The position numbers were made by a program, and so were the translations under genes. From Vicugna vicugna (taxonomy: Eukaryota), in assembly GCA_013265495.1 (NCBI GenBank), contig MU058463.1, positions 2,813,523 through 2,877,522 on the forward strand: 64,000 nucleotides of DNA, in the 5' to 3' direction. The notes under the pieces were generated by a model that saw nothing but the letters and a program-made list of their open reading frames with translations, ran no database searches and was not told where the DNA came from. Shown here in pieces: positions 25,490 through 36,660 of the stretch; the stretch's first letter is position 1; every line of letters starts with the position of its first letter.

Positions 25490-28173
25490 AGGACAGAAGT
25501 AAGATGGCGGAGTAAAAAGATGCTTGTAGCTCACCCTCTCCCACAAACACACCAAAACTCTCATCTACGGACTCACTCAGCCAACCAGAGCACCTGCCGA
25601 ACTTCGACAGAACATCGCCCTCTTTGAAAGACAAATACACCAAAAATCTGGTAGGAGAAAAGGAAAAAAGAAAAGAAAAAACAAAACAGTGCAGGACCAG
25701 TGCCACGGGAAGGGAGTGGCAAAGGAGGACCAGTGCTAGTTCACTGGGTCTCCTCTCTTCAATGGAGAGGCCAGCAGCATGGAGAGGAGCCTCTGAGGCT
25801 CAGATCTGCCCTGAGCACCCCTTGACCAACAGAACTAAGTTAAACAGGCACAAAGGGTCCCCACAACACCCAGCCTGAGATGCGAGCCAGCAGCTGGGGC
25901 TGGGACAGGCCACCTGAGCAGGCGGAGGATGGGAGCGGCTGCACTGAGGCAGTCCCAGGGGACTGCAGGGTGCTGCACGCCATGGCTGGGAGAGGATAGA
26001 CAGCAGAACCACCTTGGTCCCCCATAAATTGCAAAATAAGGCAATGCAGCTGGTGTGCCCTGGGGGGAGGGGCGCCGTAGCCTCTGTCTCCTCAAACCCC
26101 CGGTGCCATTACTGGCGCTTCTTGCAAGAAGAGAGGCAGAGCGCAGCCACAGCCGCCATCTCCTCCTGTGCGCAGCAACTGGGCGGGGCGGGGCTGAGCC
26201 ATGAATCTGCACCCGGGGGCTCCGCAACCTCCTAGGCAGGACTGAGACTTGTTTACAGCCCGAGACAGATAGGATCTTTCTGCCCTGGCACCTCAGGGAA
26301 TTTGCGCCACCTGCCTTCCTGGAAGGAACATAGCCCCTGACCGCAGTGCTGGGGGAGGGGCACAATCTGCCCACCTTCCTCCCTTTGAGTGCAGCATCTG
26401 ACTGCAACATCAGGAGGGAGAGTGACCTGCCCGTCCACTAGCCACAGTGCCAGAGACATATGAGCAATATGAAGAAGCAGAGGAACCAGTCCCAATTAAA
26501 ACATCAGAAATCCCCTGAAAGCACAATCAAGGAAATAGACATTGATGGCCTACTAGATCAAGATTTCAAAAAAGGACTGATCAAAGTACTGAAGGAACTA
26601 AAAGAAATAGTGTTTAGAGATAAAAAATATGTCAAAAATGAAATAGAAGCTATAAAGAAGAACCAAGTAGAATTAGTAAACTCATTTGCTGAGATGAGAG
26701 CTGACCTAAAGGCTATGCAAAGCAGACTAGATAATGCAGAGGAACGAATAAGTGATCTAGAAGACAGGACAACAGAAAGCACCCAATCAGAACAGCTGAG
26801 AGAAAAACAAATATAAAACAATGAAAACAATATAAGGGACCTATGGGATAATATAAAGCATGCCAATCTACGCATAATAGGGGTTCCAGAAGGGGAAGAA
26901 AGAACAAAGAGGATTGAAAAGATATTTGAAGAAATCATGACTGAAAGCTTCCCAAACCTAAAGGAATCAGATATCCAAGTCCAGGAGGCTCAAAGGGTCC
27001 CAAACAGGAAGAACCCAAATAGACCCACACCAAGACATATCATAATCAAGATGGCCAGAGTCAGGGATAAAGAAATTATCCTAAAGGCAGCAAGAGAAAA
27101 ACAAACTGAGTTACAAGGGGAGCCCCATAAGGCTTTCAGGTGATTTCTCTACACAAACACTACAGGCCAGAAGGGAGTGGCAAGATATATTCAAAGTCCT
27201 GAATGAAAAGAAGATGCAGCCTAGGCTACTCTATCCAGCAAGGCTATCCTTTAGAATAGAAGGAGAGATAAAGAACCTCACAGACAAGCAAAAACTAAAA
27301 GAGTTTAGCAACACTAAACCCATGCTAAAAGAAATATTGACAGGTCTATTCTAAACAGAAAAGAAGCAAGATGCTACAAAAATGAGAAACTCATAACTGG
27401 AAAGGTGATAACTACCATGAATTACAACAAATAGGAACAAAACTGTAAAAGAAGACATCTAAATCATTAAGAGTGGGAGAGGGAAGCAAGGAAAGCCACT
27501 GTGGAAAACAGTATGGAGATTCCTCAAAAGACTAGGAATAGACTTACCTTATGACCCAGGAATCCCGCTCCTTGGCAAATATCCAGAAGGAACTCTACTT
27601 CAAAATGACACCTACACCCCAATGTTCATAGCAGCACTATTTACAATAGCCAAGACATGGAAACAGCCTAAATGTCCATCAACAGATGACTGGATAAAGA
27701 AGAGGTGGTATATTTATACGATGAAATACTATTCAGCCACAAAAACTGACAACATAACACCATTTGTGGCAACATGGATGTTCCTAGAGAATGTCATTCT
27801 AAGTGAAGTAAACCAGAAAGAGAAAGAAAAATACCATATGAGATCACTCATATGTGGGATCTTTAAAAAAAAAAAAGTAAATACAAAACAGAAACAGACT
27901 CATAGACATAGAATACAAACTTATGGTTGCCAAGGGGACGGGGGGTGGGAAGGGACAGACTGGGATTTTAAAATGCAGAATAGATAAACAAGATTATACT
28001 GTATAGCACAGGGAAATATATACAAGATCTTGTGGTAGCTCACAGTGGAAAAAATGTGACAATGAATGTATGTATGTTCATGTATAACTGGAAAATTGTG
28101 CTCTACACTGGAATTTGACACAACATTGTAAAATGACTATTACTCAATAAAAAAATGTAAAAAAAAATGAAAA
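25490..28173 (+). mobile_element. LINE-1 with full 5'UTR and ORF1 but ORF2 almost entirely deleted (half-L1-like)
   Basis: 5' YY1 motif AAGATGGCGG at 25501-25510, GC-rich 5'UTR, ORF1 at 26460-27354. Spacer fused at ~27495 to the ORF2 C-terminus (PLWKTVWRFL...[19 protein letters not shown]). 3'UTR, AATAAA and A tail. TSD AAAATGAG(T/C)GCC at 25478-25489 and 28174-28185. Confidence 0.95.
26460..27354 (+). pseudogene. L1 ORF1p (coiled coil, RRM, CTD), disabled
   Basis: RLDNAEERISDLED, NLRIIGVPEGEE, RPTPRHIIIKM, ILKAAREK, ARREWQDIF and YPARLSF motifs. Premature TAA at 26814-26816, frameshift near 27107, terminal TAA at 27352-27354. Confidence 0.93.
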
Positions 28174-28254
28174 AAAATGAGCGCCTCTTTTCTTTCCTTT
28201 TCCATAATGGTTGACACCCCTTTTAAAGCCCTAACCAATGTACAAACCAAGTGA

Positions 28255-28470
28255 GGCATAGGAGAAGGAAAATAAGCTTTGAGTTAGAAAGACATGGCCT
28301 TAAATTCAAATTCTACTACTTATAACCATGAAATCTTGTACATGAGGCTTTTGTTTCCTCCTGCATAAAACAGAGTGGAAAAGAACTACCAAATTCAGTA
28401 GTTATAAGAATTAAATGAGATAATACAAGGAATGTACCCAATACAGTGCATGGCAGATGGTACATATTTC
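28255..28470 (+). mobile_element. MIR SINE
   Basis: gttataagaattaaatgagataatac...cagtgcatggcagatggta. Confidence 0.7.
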
Positions 28471-28479
28471 ATATGTGAA

Positions 28480-29018
28480 TAGTGTCCACCCCTTTCTAGG
28501 TTCTTCTGGCTGGTCTAAGAGTTAAACTGACATGAGACAGATTAACAGGTAGACCATCAAACAACAGTTTGATAACATGTTCACAAAGGAGTGACCCATG
28601 AGAACTGAGTCACTCACCCAAATGCCCAAAGACTTGGCCTTAAATATCACCTTCAGCAAAAGACGAAAGAGGATGTTGGGAGTAAGGATGTGAGACTTCA
28701 AAGGAGAGGAAGACAATGGAAAAGCAAATGTTCGGTAAACAAATGTTTGCTAGGTCCTGCAGAGATGGTGGGACACAGAGTGGACTCTGATCTTGAGGCC
28801 CTGCTAGAGTTTCCCCCACTACATGCAGGCCATATTCTTTGCAGATATCTCTGATGATAGCTCTTTTCTGGGAACACACCCTCCACCTAAATTATCTTAG
28901 GCAGTTATTGGGAAAGTCAAAGTTTCTTCCTGAGTCTTTTGGCCCTTGGTTGTTTGCAGCTCACAAAGATCCACATTCCAAAGGGACATTTAAGGGTGGC
29001 AAATTTAGCTCCCTTATA
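28480..29018 (-). mobile_element. ERV1 LTR (MER34-like)
   Basis: Minus-strand start ~tataagggagctaaatttgccacccttaaatgtccctttgg. Other end ctggctggtctaagagttaaactgacatgagacagattaacagg. Confidence 0.65.
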
Positions 29019-29109
29019 ATAGCATCTATTATCCTTCTGGCACTTCCATAACTCTTTTCCTTTCTTCTTCTTTGGTCCACCTCTTCTTCCTCTTATTAAA
29101 TTCTTCTTT

Positions 29110-29250
29110 GAGGGAGGGGATAGCCCAAGCAGTAGAAAGCATGCTTAGCATGCATGAGGTCCTGGGCTCAATCCCCAGTACCTCCTCTAAAAAGAAAGAA
29201 AGAAGCCTAGTTACCTCTCCTGCAACAAACAAACAAACAAACAAAAAAGA
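29110..29250 (+). mobile_element. tRNA-Ala-derived camelid SINE (Vic-1 type)
   Basis: tagcccaagcagtaga...catgcttagcatgcatgaggtcctgggctcaatccccagtacctcc, then A-rich and (CAAA)n tail. Confidence 0.88.
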
Positions 29251-29526
29251 GATTTCTCTTTCTTGTGCTATGATTATCACTGGATAACTGGATTTCATAA
29301 TCTAAGCATCTAGATGGCTTTTTTTTTTAAGTTGAGCAGAGTAAGTCCTATAACATTTTCTCAAAGTCACTTTAAAAGATCTTTCTAAGTTCTTTACAAA
29401 TAAGGCTAAAAGAATATCACCTAAGAGAATAAATGCAAATTTGGATTTCATCAAACTATGACAAAGCAAGAAATAAAATGGCTGCAATTTTCCAGAAGAA
29501 AATCCACTAAAATGGACAAGAGGCCC

Positions 29527-29562
29527 ATCAACCAACCAACCAATCAATCAATCAATCAATCA
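29527..29562. repeat. (CAAC)n(CAAT)n tetranucleotide repeat
   Basis: atcaaccaaccaaccaatcaatcaatcaatcaatca seen directly. Confidence 0.85.
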
Positions 29563-30169
29563 TTCTCATACTCAGAAATTGTCTCTTTCATCAGGGACTG
29601 GGTGACACCATGTCATAAATGGGTTTTATCAGGCCCTTGGACAGGAAAAAAACTAAATGAGAAGCAATCTAAATTTGGCAGCAGAGGGGCACAGTGAGGC
29701 TCTGGTTAATCCCACAATTTCCTGACAAGACACGAAAGAGGTACACAGATAATATGACTGGCATTGAACTAGGCAACCTAGAAATGTACTCTTACAAAAA
29801 AGTTTTGACCTTAAAAAAAAGCAACGTCAGGAATTATAAACCTATAAACCTCTATAAATCAATGAGGTTGCCATTATGTTTAACTTCCTGGTCTTTAAGG
29901 CCATTTCCAAACCCAAATAAAAATCAATTTTATCCCATCAGGGTCACATCTTAATCACCATCAAAAATCCAGGCGTCTATTTTGCTGACCAATTTTTTTT
30001 TTCCAGTAGATTTAATTCCCAATGAATTTTGGCTATTTCTCGAAATCAGAGCCAAACTAAAAGGAACAAGATGAAATGCCATTGAAAAAGATATGAACTA
30101 TATAATGGAGGCATGTGCTGAAAAAGATCTCTCAAGAAAACTTAGAAAGTCATGTAAATTCTACCGAGA

Positions 30170-30870
30170 TAATTGACTGTTTCCAGAAGCACCACTCTTG
30201 ACTATAGACGTTCTAGGGTATTTGTTTTAAAAACACACAGCTGGCGGATGAACTGTGCTCCTGATGTTTTCCTGCATCTCCTTCCTGTACCTATGGATGG
30301 AAAGAAATTGTATCCTGTAATAAATGAGTCCCTTTCTGCCCTGCTCCAGGCTGGCTCTTCACCAACATCCTGGTTACACTGTTGTTTCTGTGGCTTCGGA
30401 GCCAAGTCGGTTTTCTGAGGGAACAGCAGCCGGCCGAGGAGCAGAGGTAGCCATCTGCAGCAGCTTAGCTGTCTGGGGGAATAGCTATTTATCGTCAGTC
30501 GAGTTGGGAGTGAATGACAACATACATCAGTGGTGGTGGCAACGTTATTCATATAATATTTAATAAGCTTATGTAATTGGACCAAGTTTCATTAGGACTT
30601 GTTGCAATAAAACCACCATTTCTCAAAAAGCAGGGCATCCAGCTGGAGGATGTAGACTGTTGATTTAACATTAGTGAACACACAGCCACAGGCATCTAGA
30701 AGCCAGAACAAAAATAAGCATAAGCAGTAAAAAGTGCAGCAGCCAAAAAAAGGGGCTGAGGGGGCAACAACAAAAATAGGAAATCTCATGAGAGCTCAGC
30801 TTGCATTCAGGCATTCAGTTCGCAGAGGTCCGCTGAGCTGTCACTATTGCGAAACAATCTTGCTGATCTC
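30170..30870. promoter_or_regulatory. putative enhancer/promoter (E-box and MEF2-like cluster)
   Basis: Non-repetitive, CpG-retaining. CAGCTG at ~30238 and ~30640, CATCTG at ~30452, GCTATTTATC at ~30484, CAAAAATAAG and CAAAAATAGG at ~30709 and ~30771. Confidence 0.4.
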
Positions 30871-32070
30871 TTTCATTGTTTTTTAATTCATTGCATGTGT
30901 CTTCCACTTGGTTTTTGCTTTTTTAAAAAAAAGATGTGTCTTGAAGGCAAAGATCAAGTCTCACAGTACTTTTCTCCATTACAGCACAGTGCTTTGTATT
31001 CTAGTTCTTAGCAGTAATTTTTAGGTCTTTGCCAAAAGTCAGAATGTGATAGAATGGAAACAGTACTGCACCTTAAGGAGAAAGACATGGGTGTAAGTCC
31101 TGTTCTCCAGCTCCACTGTATTCTTTGGGTGTGGTATCTAACTCTTCCAAACCAAGCTCCTCAAATCCAATGTCAGAATAAACATGCAAAGGTACACCCG
31201 CAATAAGCAACTAGAAGATGTAAAGGGGGAAAAAAAGATACCAAAACTTTAAATATCGTTAATTATAAGCAATAATCCAATTCAAAATATGTGAGATTCA
31301 TGTAGATAAAAAGCATGAGTCTATTGAGACATATAAAGATGATTTAAGAAAATAAGAGAATGAATATGCTTCTTTTGGTTGAGAATATCAATTCTTTGTA
31401 AGTTATTTTATGAATCAGCAAAGTTCTAAAAGAAGCTGTTAATGAATTTTTAAGAGAACTAATTAAATGATTTTAAAGTTCATTTAAAGAAGAAATACGT
31501 AAAAATAGATAAGAAACTTTGGGGAAAAGAGTTGATGTGGCAGCTGCCCTACCAGTTATGATAAAATATTATATGGCCAAAATCACTAGTATATTGTATC
31601 AACACGAATATGAAAAATGTTAATGAATATTAACTCTAGGTAGTAGGAATATAAATGACTGTTATATTATTCTTTGACTTTTTTACATTTAAATTTTTTT
31701 CAGATATAACTTAAAAGAGCCAATAAAAATAAAATTGCCATTTAAAGAAGAAATGCATGAATCAACATAGATGCTTTGTATGTGTAAAAATTTAATATGT
31801 GATAAAGCAAGCATCACAAAACAATGGAAAAAAATGAAATATTCAAATTATGTCACTGAGAAAATTAACTCTGTATATGGAAACAATTATTTAGATTCCT
31901 CATACAATACACCCGACACATTTTAAACTGCTTGCGGAAATCCATATAAAAGTAAAACTATTTTAAAATATAAGACAATTAAAAAGAATATCTTATTTCT
32001 GAAGGAAAAAATGCTTTCTAACCACGAAACTAATGGAAGAAATAAGGAAAATGTCAATCTATTTCAAAGA

Positions 32071-34579
32071 CAGGCAGAACTTGTTTTACTGCACTTCCTT
32101 TCACTTTGCAGATATCGCGGTTTTTACAAACTGAAGGTTTGTGGCAACCCTGCAAAGAGCGAGAATATCAGCACCATTGTTTTAAACAACAGTTACTCAG
32201 TTTCTGCATCACATTTTGCTAATTCTCCCAATATTTCAAAGTTTCATTTTCCATAATGAAAAAGATACTGTATTTGTTATGATGATCCATGGTGATTTCA
32301 GGACAGCATGAACTGCGCCCATATAAAACAGCAAACTTAGTCTATAAATGCGTGTGTTCTGACTGCTCCACCACCCAGCGGCTTCCCCATCTCTCCTCTC
32401 CCCAGTCCTCTCTACTCCCTGAGACGGACAATATTGAAATTAGGCTAATTGCTAACCCAACAATGGCTTCTAAGCGTTCAAGTGTAAGAAAAACTAGCAC
32501 ATCACTCCCTTAAAATTAAAAGCTAGAAAATATTTAAGTTTAGTGAGGAAGGCATATTAAAAGCCACGACAGGCCGATAGCATGGCCTCTTGTGCCAAGC
32601 AGTTAGCCAAGCTGAGAATGCAAAGAAAAGTTCTGAAAGAAATTTAAAGTGCTCCTCCAGTGAATACATGAATCATAAAAAAGTGAGGGGGAGAGTGTAG
32701 CTCAGTGGTAGAGTGCATGCTTAGCATGCATAAGGTCCCGGGTTCAATCCCCAGTACCTCCGTTAAAATAAACAAACAAATAAATAAAGTAAACCTAATT
32801 ACCCCACCTCCCCCCAGAAAAGTGAAACAGCCTTACTGTTGATATGGAGAAAGTTTCAGCAGTCTGGATAGAAAATTAGACCAGCCAAAACATTTCCTTA
32901 AGCCAAAGCCCAAACCAGAGCGAGACCTTAACTTTCTTTAATTCTGTAAAGGCTAGAAGAGATGAGAAAGCCACAGAAGAAAGGTTTGAAGCTAGCAGAG
33001 GTTGGTTCATGAGGTTTGAAAAGAGAAGCCATCTCCAAAACATAAACTGCAAAGTGAAGTAGCAAATGCTGGTACAGAAGCTATAGCAAGTTACCCAGAA
33101 GATCCAGATCATTAACGAAGGTGGCTCTACTTAACAATAGACTTCTAGTGTAGCTGAAACAGCTTTATATTGGAAGAAGAAACCACCTAGCACTTTCATA
33201 GCTAGAGAGGCCTTGTCAATGCCTGGATTAAATGCTTCAAAGGAGAGGCTGACTCTCTTGTTAGGGGCTGATGCAGCTGGTAACTTGAAGTTGAAGCCAG
33301 TGCTCATTTAGCATTCTGAAAATCCTAGGGCTCTTAAGAAATATACTCAATCTCCTCTGCCTGTGCTCTATAAATGGAACAACAAAGACAGGATGACAGC
33401 ACTTCTGTTTACGACATAGTTTACTGAATATTTTAAGCCCACTGTTGAGAACTGCTGCTCAAAAAGAAAGACTCCTTTCAAAATATTATGGTTCATTGAT
33501 AATGCACCTTGTCACCCACGAGCTCTGATGGAGATATACAATGAGATTAACGTTGTTTTCGTGCCTGCTAACACAACACCCACTCTGCATCCCATGGATC
33601 AAGGAGCAATTTTGACTTTCAAGTCTTACTATTTAAGAAATACATTTTTAAGGTGATAGCTGCCATAGATAGTGATTCCTCTGCTGGATTGGGACAAAGT
33701 AAACTGAAAATCTCTGGAAAGGATTTACAATTCTAGATGCCATTAAGAACATTCATGATTCATGGGAAAAGGTCAAAATATCAACATGTACAGGAGTTTG
33801 GAAGAAGGATTGGAATCATTCCAGTTCTCATGGGTGACCTTGAAGGGTTCAAGACTCCAGGGGAGGAAGTAACTGCTGATGTGGTGGACGAGCAGGAGAA
33901 CTAGAATTAGAAGTGGAGCCTGAAGACGTGACTGAAATGCTGCCATCTCATGACAAAACTTCCACAGATGAAGAGCTGCTTCTGACGGATGAACAAAGAA
34001 AGTGGTTTCTTGAGATGAAAACTACTCTAGGAAAAATGCTGTGAAGATTGTAAAACTGACAACAAAGGATTTACACTATTACATAAACTTAGTTGCTAAA
34101 GCAGCGATTTGAGAGAATTAACTCCAATTTTGAAAGAAGTTCTACTGTGCATAAAATGCTATCAAACAGCACTGCATGCCACGGAGAAAGTGCTTGTGAA
34201 AGGAAAAGCCAATCAATACGGCAAACTTCACTGTTGTCTTATTTTAAGAAATTGCTACAGCCTCCCCAGTCTCTAGCAACCACCACCCTGATCATTCAGC
34301 AGCCACCATGATGGAGGCAAGACCCTCCACCAGCAAAAAGATGACAACTTGCAGAAGGCTTAGATGATGGTCAGCATTTTTATAACAATAAAGTATTTTT
34401 AATTAAGGTATATACATAGTTTTTTAGACATAATGCTATTATATGAAAACTACAGTGTAGCGTAAACGTAACTTATATGCACTGGGAAACCAAAAAATTC
34501 ATATGACTCGCTTTATTGCAATATTGGCTTCATTGCAATGGTCTTCAGCCAAACCCACAGTACTTCTGAGGTATGCCTG
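32071..34579 (+). mobile_element. Tigger1 DNA transposon, near full length, decayed transposase
   Basis: Termini CAGGCAGAACTTG and GAGGTATGCCTG|TA. Internal matches include tttacaaactgaaggtttgtggcaaccc, tggttcattgataatgcaccttgtcaccc (DNAP motif) and cccatggatcaagga (PMDQG). Confidence 0.95.
32687..32817 (+). mobile_element. tRNA-Ala-derived camelid SINE (Vic-1 type) inserted in Tigger1
   Basis: Intact A box tagctcagtggtaga and B box ggttcaatcc. TSD AAAAGTGA at 32679-32686 and 32818-32825. Confidence 0.92.
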
Positions 34580-34758
34580 TAGTTTTTTTGTTTGAAATTT
34601 TAGTTTATTAAATATACTTAAAGTTAAAAGACAGAGAACAAATTGGGATAATATATGCCATAATATTATAAAGGAGAATTCTCAGTCTGTGAAGAATTCA
34701 TAGAAATTGAATAACGAAAACATTATCTAAGAATCAACAGTAACATGAGAAGTGAATA

Positions 34759-34990
34759 TTGTTGAAGTAATTTAACAAGGAGACCATTAGACTGACGTGG
34801 CTCTGACATGCTGGCAGTCTAGTAGGCGAACTGAAACCAACCTAAACCAGAGTTGGCTCCTGTAAATGCTTCAAGGTACAGAATTGAAACTTAAGAACAA
34901 TCAATCACAAACAGCCAAGTAGTTTTTCCCAAATAAGATAATTGTATAAACTATGGCCGACCAAATAATCCCCCTGCTAGTTTCTTCATC
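34759..34990 (+). mobile_element. ERV1-like LTR 5' fragment
   Basis: tgttgaagtaatttaacaaggagaccattagactga...aatcaatcacaaacagccaa...ttcccaaataag. Confidence 0.5.
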
Positions 34991-36479
34991 TGCCAAAGAA
35001 ATACACCTTGTGCTTTAAGAGTTACCTTTTCATCTAAGAGTTCTTTTAATATTTCAGGGATCACCTCTAGCCAACAGCAGCTTAAACAGCATTTCCCATT
35101 GTATCAAACTAGCAGCTTTTCTAAGCAATATCTCTGTTCGTCATTTCACATTTGACTCAAAGGAGATCATTTAATATTGAATTTTTAAAATAATTTTGTG
35201 CTGTTAGGATCCATCTCATGAATTCAAAAAGGATAAATCATCATATTATTTTTAAAGAAAAAATCAGAAGCTTATGTTTTAGTATGTAAAATACAATAAA
35301 GCCATTCTCAGATGATACTATCAGTAACAATTTACGCATTAGTGGTTGTAGGTAAACATCCAAAGAGCTCAGAGACTGCCAAATCATTCTATAGGAAGCG
35401 AACGATGGGTTTCTTTAGAATCCACTCGTTCATTCCCAGCAGGAGACTGTGCCCTAGACAGGGACAGAAAGCATGCCTTAATAAACTCAATATTTCACGT
35501 AAGCCAAAGATGGGGTTATTTAATTTAATAGGAAACGCGCATTATGAGAATATACAAAAGTACCACAACCTGCAATATTGTGATTGATTGTGCTGCCACT
35601 CACATCGCTAAACAGAATTCTGGTCCACATCAAATGGTGCCAGCCTGAAACAACAGTGGCATGATTTTGAAACTGATACCTTGGAAAACCCCACTGCATA
35701 GGAAGTCTCACCCAGGTTCACTGATATATAGTAGTGTGTATCTGTTAATCCCAAACCCCTAATTTATCCAGCCCCTTTCATCGAGGTGAATTTAACCTCT
35801 CCCTAAGAGTTCTTATTTATCTCTCTTATCTATAAATGCAGTAAGTATTAAGAATGATCATCCAGAAGTTGGATGGCTAGCATTTGTGAGAAATCCATGG
35901 AATGTACACATTGTAAATACATCTATCAAAGTTGTTGATGTGGCTAATTTTGCAAGAAAGGAAGGAGCTATAATAATACCAAGGAATCACTAGTATAGAT
36001 GTTAATCAGTTCAACACTATCCCATTCTGCTTTAAGCATGAATAATCTATTTCTTATTGATTACTGGGAGATAATCTACTCTAAAAGTCCACACTTTGTA
36101 AAGTTGTAATATGAATCGAAAAACATGGTCACATAGAAACGGCCAAAAATAGAAAGTGCTATTTCACATCTATAATTTCAGGAAAATGGACATACCTCAG
36201 CTTCGTTTGTAAATTAGCATCAAGATTCTACAAAGCAAAAGATAGTAGTAGAATAACAACACTGCCAGGCAGAGGGGGGACATGGTAACACTTACATATA
36301 AAATGCTCTCCAAGAAGAGTAACACCCTCTCCAGGAAGTCTTCCTAGATAAACTCAAACTCAGGTTGATTTTTGTAGCATCACATCAACATTTATATATT
36401 GGTCTAGAAAAGCTGTGATCATGGCAAAATGTCTAAATGTATGCTTTATTTCTTTCTAGTGGAAAAGGCAAAGTTTCGA

Positions 36480-36660
36480 TATAAGAGAGACCAGACTTTG
36501 AATCCTGGTTTAACTCTCCTAAGTTGTGTGATTGAATGACTGACTTTTCCCATCTGTAAACAGGCGATTGCTGTATAGCTTATTTGGAATAACACAAAAA
36601 TAAGCCAGTGGTTGGTAGAGAGGGGATAATCTATAAACAGTAGTTTCCTCTCTTTTTCCC
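36480..36660 (+). mobile_element. MIR fragment
   Basis: agaccagactttgaatcctgg...ttttcccatctgtaaa. Confidence 0.65.

Larger units (their letters stand above)
31300..34760 (+). mobile_element. ancient L1 (L1ME-type) ORF2 relic, interrupted by Tigger1
   Basis: tgattttaaagttcattt, gctgccctaccag and aatttaatatgtgataaagcaagcatcac before Tigger1; aaagttaaaagacagagaacaaattggga after it. Confidence 0.6.

Noticed and set aside
26558..26938. Antisense 126-aa hydrophobic ORF
   Set aside because: Shadow of the A-rich L1 ORF1 sense strand.
30202..30585. 127-aa minus-strand ORF
   Set aside because: Non-ATG start, no recognisable homology and no convincing exon boundaries.
32687..32762. tRNA-Ala gene
   Set aside because: It has a SINE body and tail with a TSD, sits inside Tigger1, and two related copies occur in the window. 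It is a SINE, not a tRNA gene.
32460..34311. Domesticated or intact Tigger transposase
   Set aside because: Multiple stops and frameshifts plus a SINE insertion; only short ORFs remain.
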